Source: Marispirochaeta sp.
GTDB taxonomy: Bacteria; Spirochaetota; Spirochaetia; JC444; Marispirochaetaceae
Direction of reading: 5' to 3'
NCBI GenBank assembly: GCA_963676835.2
Contig: CAXXFF010000002.1
Coordinates: 736,001-800,000 of the forward strand
Length of the DNA: 64,000 nucleotides
In this document: piece after piece, positions 50,598 to 59,045 of the stretch
Position numbering within the stretch: the first letter of the stretch is position 1
How the letters are laid out: each line of letters begins with the position of its first letter
The notes under the pieces: generated by a model
The model's database searches: none
What the model was told of the DNA's origin: nothing
What the model saw: the letters and a program-made list of their open reading frames with translations, nothing else
Made by a program: the position numbers and the translations under genes

Positions 50598-51176
50598 TCA
50601 GATGCTGCTTTCAACAGCAGCTTGTACGTCTGAAATAATCCTCCGTCCCCATGGGACCACGGTTTTTTCTTCATTCTGCAGATATCCGGTAATTTCTTTG
50701 ATCGGTATTTCCCTGCGCGTTTTACGATTAAGTCGGTAGAAGGCGGTATTCATTCCCTGGATGGTCCGGTAGCTTTCAAACCAGTCTTCCATGACCAGTA
50801 CAGAGGAGGTAAAGGTGAAATGTCCAGAAACAGTGTCTCCAAGAGCCTCAAGAACCGAGTAGGTCGTGTGCTTAAAAACCTTGAAAGGTTCAGCTGAGAA
50901 TTCATGCCATCGGGAGGCCAGTACAAAGTCGATAATAAGATCTGCCATAACTCCGGGGTAGGGGAAGCCTCTGGAGGAGATATGGGATCTCAGGCTTTTG
51001 AAATCGCTGTTGGAATCTGTTGTACGGTCAATCAGGTGATGCAGCTCTATTCCTGTCTGGACAGCTTCGGGCAAACTCAGGGTATCTATGTGGCGGATCG
51101 AGTCCCCTGCAAGGTTTCCGACCAGAATTCCGGCGTTATCTTTGGGAGAGAGAAAGGCATGGGCAAGATAATTCAC
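50598..51176 (-). CDS. ACP phosphodiesterase (AcpH-like)
   Basis: MNYLAHAFLS, GNLAGD, GIELHHLIDRTTD. Confidence 0.8.
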   Translation of the reverse strand: MNYLAHAFLSPKDNAGILVGNLAGDSIRHIDTLSLPEAVQTGIELHHLIDRTTDSNSDFKSLRSHISSRGFPYPGVMADLIIDFVLASRWHEFSAEPFKVFKHTTYSVLEALGDTVSGHFTFTSSVLVMEDWFESYRTIQGMNTAFYRLNRKTRREIPIKEITGYLQNEEKTVVPWGRRIISDVQAAVESSI

Positions 51177-51307
51177 GCTAAGCTGCTCCGGGCACAGAGG
51201 GGAAACAGTTTTTCGTCGTTATACGCCCAAATAGACATATCTGCAGTATAGGGCAGTTTTCGGGGTAATGAAAATCAGTTGTTTCCGTTCTGTGCCGGGC
51301 AGGTCTA

Positions 51308-51517
51308 TTACAGAAAAGTCCGGGCTCTTTCTGCCTGTGATGGAAAAAGATCTTCCGGAACAGCACTGCTGCCTTTTGCTTTAAAGACCATGTACCTGGC
51401 GCAATTGGTATTATCCCCGAGACAATATTTATTTTTCATTATCTCCGAAAGGGCTGGCATCTTCTGCATCCTGTCATTAAAGAACGGACATTTTGGCAGG
51501 CATTCACATTCAGCCAT
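51308..51517 (-). CDS. Small Cys-rich hypothetical protein
   Basis: 69 aa, CECLPKCPFF...YCLGDNTNCARY...VPEDLFP; clear AGGAGG RBS. Confidence 0.75.
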   Translation of the reverse strand: MAECECLPKCPFFNDRMQKMPALSEIMKNKYCLGDNTNCARYMVFKAKGSSAVPEDLFPSQAERARTFL

Positions 51518-51583
51518 ATAAATTCCTCCTGATTTTTGATTACTGTTATCAGTATAGGCAATTGACAGAAGGTTCGCAAATTT

Positions 51584-52900
51584 TCAGACCCGGATTTCTC
51601 TCTTTGCCAGGGCAACACTCTGTTCGTTTGCACGGATAAGTTTTCGGGCTATAAGTTTTGAAAGGAAAATGCCGTAATGGGGGTGTTCTTTGACTACGGA
51701 GACAAAATTCTTTCTGGACATCTTTATCAGCTTGCCCCGGGATTCCGCCTTTACCATGGCACTGCGCTGGTTGTTTAACAGAAAGGACATTTCTCCCATA
51801 AAGATATCCGCGGGGCTCAGCTTGCCGACCTTTTTTCCGGCATGGTAAACACCGAAGTGTCCGGCGGCAATGTAGTAGAGAAAATCACTGGTTTCTCCTT
51901 CCTGAAAAATAATGTCTCCTGGATTCACCGGGACAGATTCCTGATCAGAAAATCCGGTGGGCGCTGTCTGTTCTGTACTTTCCGTATGCCCGAAGACAAG
52001 TCGAACAACGTTGCCCTTCCTGTTATAGGAGAGTCTTTTAGAAATTTGGCGGGCCATCATAATTCCCCGGCCGTTAAAATCTTCGGTCCCCCTTTTTTTC
52101 AGTTTCTCCTGCAGTTTCCTTATGTCAAATCCCTCTCCCTGGTCTCTGATGGTGAAAACAGTTTCAGCCTCGTCTGTTTCCCATTCAAAACGTACCCTTC
52201 TGGCGGCAATCCGGGGGTCACGGCATTTCTCCTGAATAATGTCGATCATGGTTCTGCCGGAAGTCAGAAGCAGACTTTTTTCGTCCATGGTGACCCCGCA
52301 GTTGCCGTGTTCTATGCCGTTGAGAATAAGCTCTGAAAGGGAGATCTGCAGCTCCTGTTTACGCTCCGGACTGATATAACCCTTCTGCAAAAGAGATGTA
52401 GCTGCAAGTCCTGCAAAGACCGGAACAGAAAGGGGGTCGTTATCTATAAGAAATGCCCCGGCACTCTTTCCGACCAGTTTTTCTGCAATCTCATGCTGAA
52501 AAATTATCTGCCAGTTATCATCTATAATCTGTATGATTTTCTGCAGATGCGATGCCAGTCGTCCCTGTTCCAGCAGAGAAAGTATATTGAGGTTGCCCAT
52601 TTGCCGGATAAGCTCATCTTCCCGGTTGCGGCTGCGGTTCCATATGCCGATAACACCGAAGGTGTGGAGCCAGGTTGTTTTCTCAAAACCCTGTATCAGG
52701 TGTTCCAGATCCACCAGCGGATCGGACAGGTTCAGAATTATAAGCTCCGGCAGATCGAAGCTCATAAAATCAAACAGACCGGAGGCCTCAGAGAAGAAGC
52801 GCAGAAGATGTTCAGAAGTGTTATCACCGTTCAGGCAGTTTTTAAGTTCAGCTGTAATGGATTCTTCAGTATTTAAAACTCCGATCAGGCTCACAGGCAA
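51584..52900 (-). CDS. Receiver-like/HATPase_c_2 kinase/cyclic nucleotide-binding domain fusion protein
   Basis: SELILNGIEHGN, IRDQGEGFD, GRGIMM, then cNMP domain GDIIFQEGE...FMGEMSFL...RSAMVKA. Confidence 0.85.
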   Translation of the reverse strand: MPVSLIGVLNTEESITAELKNCLNGDNTSEHLLRFFSEASGLFDFMSFDLPELIILNLSDPLVDLEHLIQGFEKTTWLHTFGVIGIWNRSRNREDELIRQMGNLNILSLLEQGRLASHLQKIIQIIDDNWQIIFQHEIAEKLVGKSAGAFLIDNDPLSVPVFAGLAATSLLQKGYISPERKQELQISLSELILNGIEHGNCGVTMDEKSLLLTSGRTMIDIIQEKCRDPRIAARRVRFEWETDEAETVFTIRDQGEGFDIRKLQEKLKKRGTEDFNGRGIMMARQISKRLSYNRKGNVVRLVFGHTESTEQTAPTGFSDQESVPVNPGDIIFQEGETSDFLYYIAAGHFGVYHAGKKVGKLSPADIFMGEMSFLLNNQRSAMVKAESRGKLIKMSRKNFVSVVKEHPHYGIFLSKLIARKLIRANEQSVALAKREIRV

Positions 52901-52957
52901 TGACTCCTTTTTATGCTGGCTGTTATTTTACCATGGGATGCGGCTTAATCTGCCGGA

Positions 52958-55900
52958 TTAATTCAGAGATTCCGGGCTGTCCAGTAGCTGAAAGATATTT
53001 TCTATACTCTCCCGGCTGAAATCAGCTGTGGATTCTCTGGCAATATTGTCCCTGAGATAGATCAGATATGTTTTAACCGGCTTGCCGTGTATTGCGGTCA
53101 GTGCTTTGCGGTAAAGATACATCTGCATATCATATTCCCCGGGTGTAACAGCTCGATTTGTCTTGAAATCCAGACAGATAATTTTGTCATCGAGAAGACA
53201 ATAAAGATCAATAATGCCGTCCACTGCACGTATTGCAGAACCGGTTTTCAGTCCCAGGGTGAAGGGCTTTTCCGCATACACCTGAGTCCCATCAGGAATC
53301 AGGGCCTTCCTCTCTGGTGATTCCCAGAAGTCAGCGGCTATTGATCCGGCCATGTGGGAAATTCGCTGCTGATTCTCACTGCTGTGTTCGGGAAAAAGAT
53401 TCGGCAGAGCAGATGGATCTTCCCCGAGAGTCAACAGCTCCAGGGCTCTATGCACCATGGTGCCGAAACGTTCTGCACCTTCCTGTATAAGATTGTCTAC
53501 TGCCAGTTTGGGCAGGGATATACTCTCCTTATGGTCCAGACTCTGGGCTGCCGCAGCATTGAGCCTGGTGGCGCTGACGGCATCCTTCCCGGAAGGCATG
53601 GCAAAATCCTCCGTCCCCAGAAAGCCGAGATAATTGCCTGCAGTCCTGTTTCGTTTCCTGCTTCCCCGCTTTTTCAGCATTGACAGGGTTGCAGGAGTAA
53701 AAGGCACAATTCGGGGAGAATCCTCCGTCCCCAGTCCTTTGCGTATCAGATCCAGCAGGCTTGGAATCTTGCCTTTTTTCCCCGGTTCATAGCCAAGCAT
53801 AATCAGGTGCTGTTCGGCTCGGGTAAAGGCCACATAGAGCAGACGTTTCAGTTCCGCCGTTTCCTGCAGGTCCGCGGCGGCTCTGCTCTTTTCGTAGAAG
53901 GGGTTTTTTCTGCTCTTTTTTCCTTGTTCATCTGTCCTGCTCAGATTGATGGTCAAGCCGAACTCACTGTCGATGTAGTAGGGCGCGCGGCCGTCCATGT
54001 TGGTGCTCCCCTGACCGGTTGAACCGGTGAGGACAATGGGAAACTCCAGCCCTTTGGATTTATGGATGGTCATGATGCGGATGCCGCCGCCGCCGGAACT
54101 GAGGGTTTCTATTTCATCGAGTTTTTTATATTCCCCCATGTTGTCCCGCAGGAAATCGATAAAAACCGCTGCGGATTCTCCTCTATTCCAGCTGGCATCA
54201 GCCAGGGTGACCAGGTAGTCATAAAACTCCAGATACCCATGGTAGGCGGGATTTTTCAGCAGGTTATAGCGGTATCCGCAGTCGAACCAGAGGTAGCGCA
54301 GCAGCTGACGGTGAGGAACAGTGTCCATCATGTCCTGAAGGGTCCGATAAATTTCCCGGCCACTACAGTATTTTTTATATTCATCTCCGGGAAGATCGAG
54401 TTCTGTTAAACTGAAAAGCCCCCTGTTTTCCAGCAGATCCTTCAGCAGATATTCATCTTCAAGATTGACAAAGAAGGAGCGGAGAAATACGGCGTAGGCT
54501 GTTCTGTCCTCGGGGTAGAGGGCCAGCTGCAGGGCGGCGTAGATATCATTGGCCGGAGCTTCGTAAAAGAGCGTGCGGATATTTTCCGTTGTGTAGGGGA
54601 TTTCAAAGCGCCGAAAGATCCGCTCATAAATAATCTGGTTACCCGTAGTTCTCAGAAGCAGGGCAAAATCGTCATAAGCTGGAGGGCGGATGGTTCCGTC
54701 CCGGTCGCAGATGTTCAAGCCTCTGCCGGCAACAGCTTCAGTAATAATGCGGGCGGCTTCATATGCTTCCGATTCAGCAGCCTGGAGTTCATCCTCTTCC
54801 GGGATTTCTGAAGCTTCAAGAATATGCAGCCGAATCTCCGGTTCCGGAACCCCGGGCTGCTTCTCCCGGCCTTTGAGCGGGCGGAACTCGGCTTCAAAGT
54901 CATTGCTTTCACCGCCCTCTTCCGGGGTAAACACTGCAGGGAAGAAGCTGTTGAAAAAGTCGATTAACAGAGGATTACTGCGGTAGTTTGTGGCAAGTTC
55001 CACCGGGGTATTGCCCAGGTCTGCTGCAAGCTGCTTGAACACCCGTACATCCGCGCCCCGGAAGCGGTAGATGGACTGTTTCTCGTCGCCTACGAAAAAA
55101 AGCTTGCCCGGGTCCAGTTCGGAAGGTGCAGGAATCCCTTCTTTAAGGCGATCAGATTTTTCTGCCAGCAGATAGAGCAGCTCTTTCTGTTCTTCGTTGT
55201 TATCCTGAAACTCATCGATCATTATGTAGCGGAACTGCTCTTTATAGAATTTCCTCAGTTCAAGGTTCTCCCGCAGCAGGGTTACCGCCATGGCGACAAC
55301 ATCCGAGAAGGAGACCATTCCCTGCTGGCGCTTGATGCTCAGCCATCCAGTGGCGAATGTGTCCAACAGTTCCATTACCCCGGCGAAAAGCTCCTTTTGC
55401 ATAAGCATTACAAGGTAGCCCTGTGCTTTTTCCGCCAGGGGAGTAAGTTGTTCGTGAATATCCTTTAAAAGAATAAGGTCGGGATTGGTACTGTCTGATC
55501 GCGGTTTCCGGTAGGGGGCGCTTTGGGTAAGGCTGTTCAGTGCCTCCCAGCTTTCCTCCTCAATCAGTTCTTCCGTATCGGGCCAGCCATCCGCGGCAGC
55601 GGCAGCCTTATCCAGGGTTGCGGATTTCTTTGCAGCCCCTGCAGCGATGCGTCCCATCTGCTGGTAAAGACCGTCGAGCTGTGTAAAAAGTGTTCTTATT
55701 TCATTTAGGCAGTGCCGCTGCTGTTTTTCAAACGCCCCGGCATGATCCGGCACGCCGGTAATCAGCAGGTGATACTCTGCGTAGGCGGCAAAAAGATTCT
55801 TCCACACACTGTCAAATCCATTAGCCTGGATAAGCTGGTGGAGGGCGCTGTTGCCGTTATGGCGCAGTATAAAATCCAGAGCATAGCTTTCCGCGTTGCT

Positions 55901-56275
55901 TGAGAGCCGAGTCTGATCAATGGAAAAGGATGAGGGCAGACCGAACCTTACGGCGTCATTACGGGCAATCCTGGCACAGAAACTGTCCAGGGTGGAGATC
56001 TGGGCCTGATCGAAAAGGGGCAGCTGTTTTCTTACTGCCGGATTATCAGAATTTTCCACCAGCAGTTTGTGGATGCGGCTGTACATCTCCGCCGCAGCTT
56101 TTCTTGTAAAGGTCAGGGTCAGAATGGAGGGGATCTCCACACCTTCCTGAACCAGCGCAAGGTAGCGGCCGGCAAGCACCGTGGTTTTCCCCGAACCGGC
56201 TCCGGCGGCAACCACCGTGTTGGATCGTACATTAACAGCTGTTTTCTGATCATCATCAAAGGGAGGCTGGGGCAT
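52958..56275 (-). CDS. UvrD/SF1 helicase-nuclease, AddA-like
   Basis: AGAGSGKT, TFTRKAAAEM, IDEFQD, VGDEKQSIYRFRGAD, TIHKSKGLEF, LLYVAFTRAE, C-terminal nuclease GIID...DFKT. Confidence 0.92.
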   Translation of the reverse strand: MPQPPFDDDQKTAVNVRSNTVVAAGAGSGKTTVLAGRYLALVQEGVEIPSILTLTFTRKAAAEMYSRIHKLLVENSDNPAVRKQLPLFDQAQISTLDSFCARIARNDAVRFGLPSSFSIDQTRLSSNAESYALDFILRHNGNSALHQLIQANGFDSVWKNLFAAYAEYHLLITGVPDHAGAFEKQQRHCLNEIRTLFTQLDGLYQQMGRIAAGAAKKSATLDKAAAAADGWPDTEELIEEESWEALNSLTQSAPYRKPRSDSTNPDLILLKDIHEQLTPLAEKAQGYLVMLMQKELFAGVMELLDTFATGWLSIKRQQGMVSFSDVVAMAVTLLRENLELRKFYKEQFRYIMIDEFQDNNEEQKELLYLLAEKSDRLKEGIPAPSELDPGKLFFVGDEKQSIYRFRGADVRVFKQLAADLGNTPVELATNYRSNPLLIDFFNSFFPAVFTPEEGGESNDFEAEFRPLKGREKQPGVPEPEIRLHILEASEIPEEDELQAAESEAYEAARIITEAVAGRGLNICDRDGTIRPPAYDDFALLLRTTGNQIIYERIFRRFEIPYTTENIRTLFYEAPANDIYAALQLALYPEDRTAYAVFLRSFFVNLEDEYLLKDLLENRGLFSLTELDLPGDEYKKYCSGREIYRTLQDMMDTVPHRQLLRYLWFDCGYRYNLLKNPAYHGYLEFYDYLVTLADASWNRGESAAVFIDFLRDNMGEYKKLDEIETLSSGGGGIRIMTIHKSKGLEFPIVLTGSTGQGSTNMDGRAPYYIDSEFGLTINLSRTDEQGKKSRKNPFYEKSRAAADLQETAELKRLLYVAFTRAEQHLIMLGYEPGKKGKIPSLLDLIRKGLGTEDSPRIVPFTPATLSMLKKRGSRKRNRTAGNYLGFLGTEDFAMPSGKDAVSATRLNAAAAQSLDHKESISLPKLAVDNLIQEGAERFGTMVHRALELLTLGEDPSALPNLFPEHSSENQQRISHMAGSIAADFWESPERKALIPDGTQVYAEKPFTLGLKTGSAIRAVDGIIDLYCLLDDKIICLDFKTNRAVTPGEYDMQMYLYRKALTAIHGKPVKTYLIYLRDNIARESTADFSRESIENIFQLLDSPESLN

Positions 56276-58992
56276 CAGCGTTCTCCTCGGATTACATATT
56301 TACCCCGGCAGAGGCTGCGCAGACTGCAGGAGCCGCACTCATCGGGATTGCTGCGGTAGTCTCCCCGGTCCATTTTCTCTTTCATGGTTAGGATATAATG
56401 ACGGGTAAGGGCGGTCAATTCGGTAAATTCATCTTCGTTCAGGATGACCTTCTTTCTCGGCGGCAGAGGGAGGGGGACGGAGGAGCTGACCAGGGTGAAC
56501 TCCCCTTTCGCTGCGGAATAATAGGCAGTTATACAGTCATCTCCGCGGTTGCTGATACCGCAGGCATGGAGCAGCAGGGCATAAAAAGGTATCTGCATGC
56601 TTACCGGAGGAGCTCCCGGTGAGGGTTTCATGTCTCCTGCTTTGAGGTTGAGATTCTTTTTGTAGTCCACAATCAGAATTTCTCCTGCCGGCCCCCGGGA
56701 AACCCTGTCGACCCTTCCTCCTATGGCAATCCCCTCTATGGATGATTTCAGCTTCTTTTCCGTCTCCATTGTTCTGAAGCCGTCGAAGAGCGCTGCCTCT
56801 GCAGCCGGATACAGAAGGAGCTGCTGGAGCATCTGATCAAGGCTGGCCTGCCATGCCGGTTTGATCGGCAGTGGGCGCAGGGAGAGCTTTTCTGCGGCAT
56901 CTGAGAAAATCTGTGCAATTCGTTTGCTGTATTCTTCAATTTCAGCCGAGAGGAACGGTTTTCCTCCCAGGGAATCGCTGAAAGCTTCCAGCACGGTGTG
57001 CAGAAAGATTCCCTCCAGCCGGTGATCCCGTACCATGGGCGTGTATTCTTCCCTGTTCAGTCCAAGGATGCGCTGAAACAGAAAAGCGAAGGGGCAGCTG
57101 TAGAATCCATCCAGGTCCGTGGGGCTCAGGCTTCCTCCGTCCCCGGTATCGCTGAACTGCTGTATAAGTCCCTCAGTCAGGCCTGCATGAGAAACAGTGG
57201 AATCAAGCAGATCCATATTCCTCAGGCGGCCGCCGGTATCCCGGAAGCGGGTATACCCCTGTCTGCGCCATCCGGCGGGCGGGTACTCCGGTTCCGCTGC
57301 TTCCGTTTCTGCAAACCAGGCGCGTTCTTCCTGTTCGGGGTCTGCTGCAGGCCATTCTGTGTCTGCATTATGTATTCTTCCGGACTCGACAAAGTAGCCG
57401 GGTGCAAGTCCCGGGCCGGCGAATCCCCGGGCAGCACAGCTTATAATGGTCTCTTTTCCCGATTCGGCATACAGCTTCAGATAGGCAGAACTTACATCCT
57501 CATCCTTGATTCCGCACTCAAGTCTCTGTGCCTCATTCAGGGGAAATCCCCTGTCCCAGCTGACCCGGCTCGAATCCTGGGTAAGAAAGGGTATAAAGTG
57601 GAAGGCCGGAGCAATTCCTGCTGTGGCCCGGTAGGGGTAGACCGATATCCCCCGCACCGGCTGCTGCTCAACATAGGCTGCATCTTCAAGGCTCTGCAGC
57701 CAGATCTGAAAAGGTCGGGCCGGGATAAGTTCCGGATATACTTCAGCAGTTTCGGCAAAATCATTCAGTTCTTCCAGGGCCCGCTGAAAGGCTTTCAGCT
57801 GATTAGGTGCCCGTTTCAGCCAAAGGTCGGTATCGAGGAAAGTGGCTGTAAAGGCCTGTATGGCTTTGGCTGTTTCGCCGAAGTCCGGCGCTGAAAGGAT
57901 TCTCCGGAAGCTTCCTTCCAGACGAAGGTAGAGATCCAGGGAAGCTTTTTTCTCCCCGCTTTTCAGTGCTTCTGCCCATCCGTGGCTGCGGCCTTTCTCT
58001 CTCCAGTTTCTTAAAACATAACAATCCACTCCGTCCTGTATCAGTTGCCGGAGTTCCTGTTCCTTCTTCCAGGGAATTCCCCGGTTAAGGAGAAGATTTT
58101 TCATGGATTCCATGGAAAAGGAGCCGGAAAGGGCTTCAGATATCAGCTGAAAAAGCCGCACGGATGCATATTCATTCAACTTTTTTCCGGAATGAAAACG
58201 CAGGGGTATCCCGTAATGGTGGGCATACTCATCAAGTACAGGTCTGTTTTTTTCCAGCTCCGGACAGGTGACAATTATCTCATCCGGGGAGGTTCCCTGT
58301 GAGAGAAGGCTTCTGATGCGGGCAAAGAGGGCCGAGGCTTCTTCCCGCTGTGTTGCGTACATGACAATCCGGGGACCCGTACTGTCCGGCTTTAATAATT
58401 CTTCCCCGGCTGAGATTACCCGGATATTCCGGTGTTTCTTGAGCATCTCCCGGTACTGGGGATAATCCTCGAGGAGCTCCGGAAAGCAGAGAACATAGGT
58501 CTCCTGTATTTCCCCGGGAGAAGGGCTGAGCATGGAGGGTTCATACAGGTCCTTCTCATTGAGAAAATCCCCGTACCGTTCTGCAAGGGATCGGATGTCC
58601 GCTGCCAGAGGCCATGGTCTTGTCTGCACTTCGGGAAGAAGGCTGTGAAGTCTTGGAAGGATGCGGACGAGCTCATTCACCGATCCTGCAGGGCTTTCTC
58701 CGTCTACCGGTAGAAGGTGAACCAGGAACGGTTTTTTCTGCTGCTCCCGGGCAGTCTTAACCGCAAAGAGCCTGCGGACCTTTCCGTTGACCGGTTTCCG
58801 GCTCTCCCTCAGCCCGAAGGCCTGTTCCTTGAAGCGGTCCCAGGAGATAAATCTCTCTCCGGAAACTGCTTCGGCGTATCCTCCGTTTACAGCGGTATGA
58901 CGCCAGAAGCGTGCGCTGATTTCAGAAGGAAATACCAGATGTACCGAGGTGTCACCCAGAAGGGCGGTAAGGGATGTAAATCTTTCCTGCAT
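56275..58992 (-). CDS. AddB-like inactive helicase/PD-(D/E)XK nuclease with Fe-S staple cysteines
   Basis: LSPTDLDGFYSCPF, GRVDRV, IVDYK, C-terminal CGSCSLRSLC; coupled to the AddA-like gene. Start uncertain (58992 ATG or 59031 TTG). Confidence 0.85.
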   Translation of the reverse strand: MQERFTSLTALLGDTSVHLVFPSEISARFWRHTAVNGGYAEAVSGERFISWDRFKEQAFGLRESRKPVNGKVRRLFAVKTAREQQKKPFLVHLLPVDGESPAGSVNELVRILPRLHSLLPEVQTRPWPLAADIRSLAERYGDFLNEKDLYEPSMLSPSPGEIQETYVLCFPELLEDYPQYREMLKKHRNIRVISAGEELLKPDSTGPRIVMYATQREEASALFARIRSLLSQGTSPDEIIVTCPELEKNRPVLDEYAHHYGIPLRFHSGKKLNEYASVRLFQLISEALSGSFSMESMKNLLLNRGIPWKKEQELRQLIQDGVDCYVLRNWREKGRSHGWAEALKSGEKKASLDLYLRLEGSFRRILSAPDFGETAKAIQAFTATFLDTDLWLKRAPNQLKAFQRALEELNDFAETAEVYPELIPARPFQIWLQSLEDAAYVEQQPVRGISVYPYRATAGIAPAFHFIPFLTQDSSRVSWDRGFPLNEAQRLECGIKDEDVSSAYLKLYAESGKETIISCAARGFAGPGLAPGYFVESGRIHNADTEWPAADPEQEERAWFAETEAAEPEYPPAGWRRQGYTRFRDTGGRLRNMDLLDSTVSHAGLTEGLIQQFSDTGDGGSLSPTDLDGFYSCPFAFLFQRILGLNREEYTPMVRDHRLEGIFLHTVLEAFSDSLGGKPFLSAEIEEYSKRIAQIFSDAAEKLSLRPLPIKPAWQASLDQMLQQLLLYPAAEAALFDGFRTMETEKKLKSSIEGIAIGGRVDRVSRGPAGEILIVDYKKNLNLKAGDMKPSPGAPPVSMQIPFYALLLHACGISNRGDDCITAYYSAAKGEFTLVSSSVPLPLPPRKKVILNEDEFTELTALTRHYILTMKEKMDRGDYRSNPDECGSCSLRSLCRGKYVIRGER

Positions 58993-59045
58993 GACTTCTG
59001 CCTGTATACCATTGATACCGGCAGGTGGCAAGGCTGAAAAATATT

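Larger units (their letters stand above)
36355..57143. repeat. Dispersed non-palindromic motif RGGGACGGAGGW (15 exact copies of the 10-mer core counted by eye)
   Basis: + strand GGGACGGAGG starts at 36355, 42099, 42144, 43718, 43816, 45007, 45177, 46408, 56474. Reverse complement CCTCCGTCCC starts at 38658, 46825, 50640, 53608, 53722, 57134. Confidence 0.85.

Noticed and set aside
56275..57140. Cas4-like nuclease (PD-(D/E)XK with four Cys)
   Set aside because: It is the C-terminal domain of a ~900 aa protein coupled to a UvrD helicase-nuclease, which is the standard AddB architecture.
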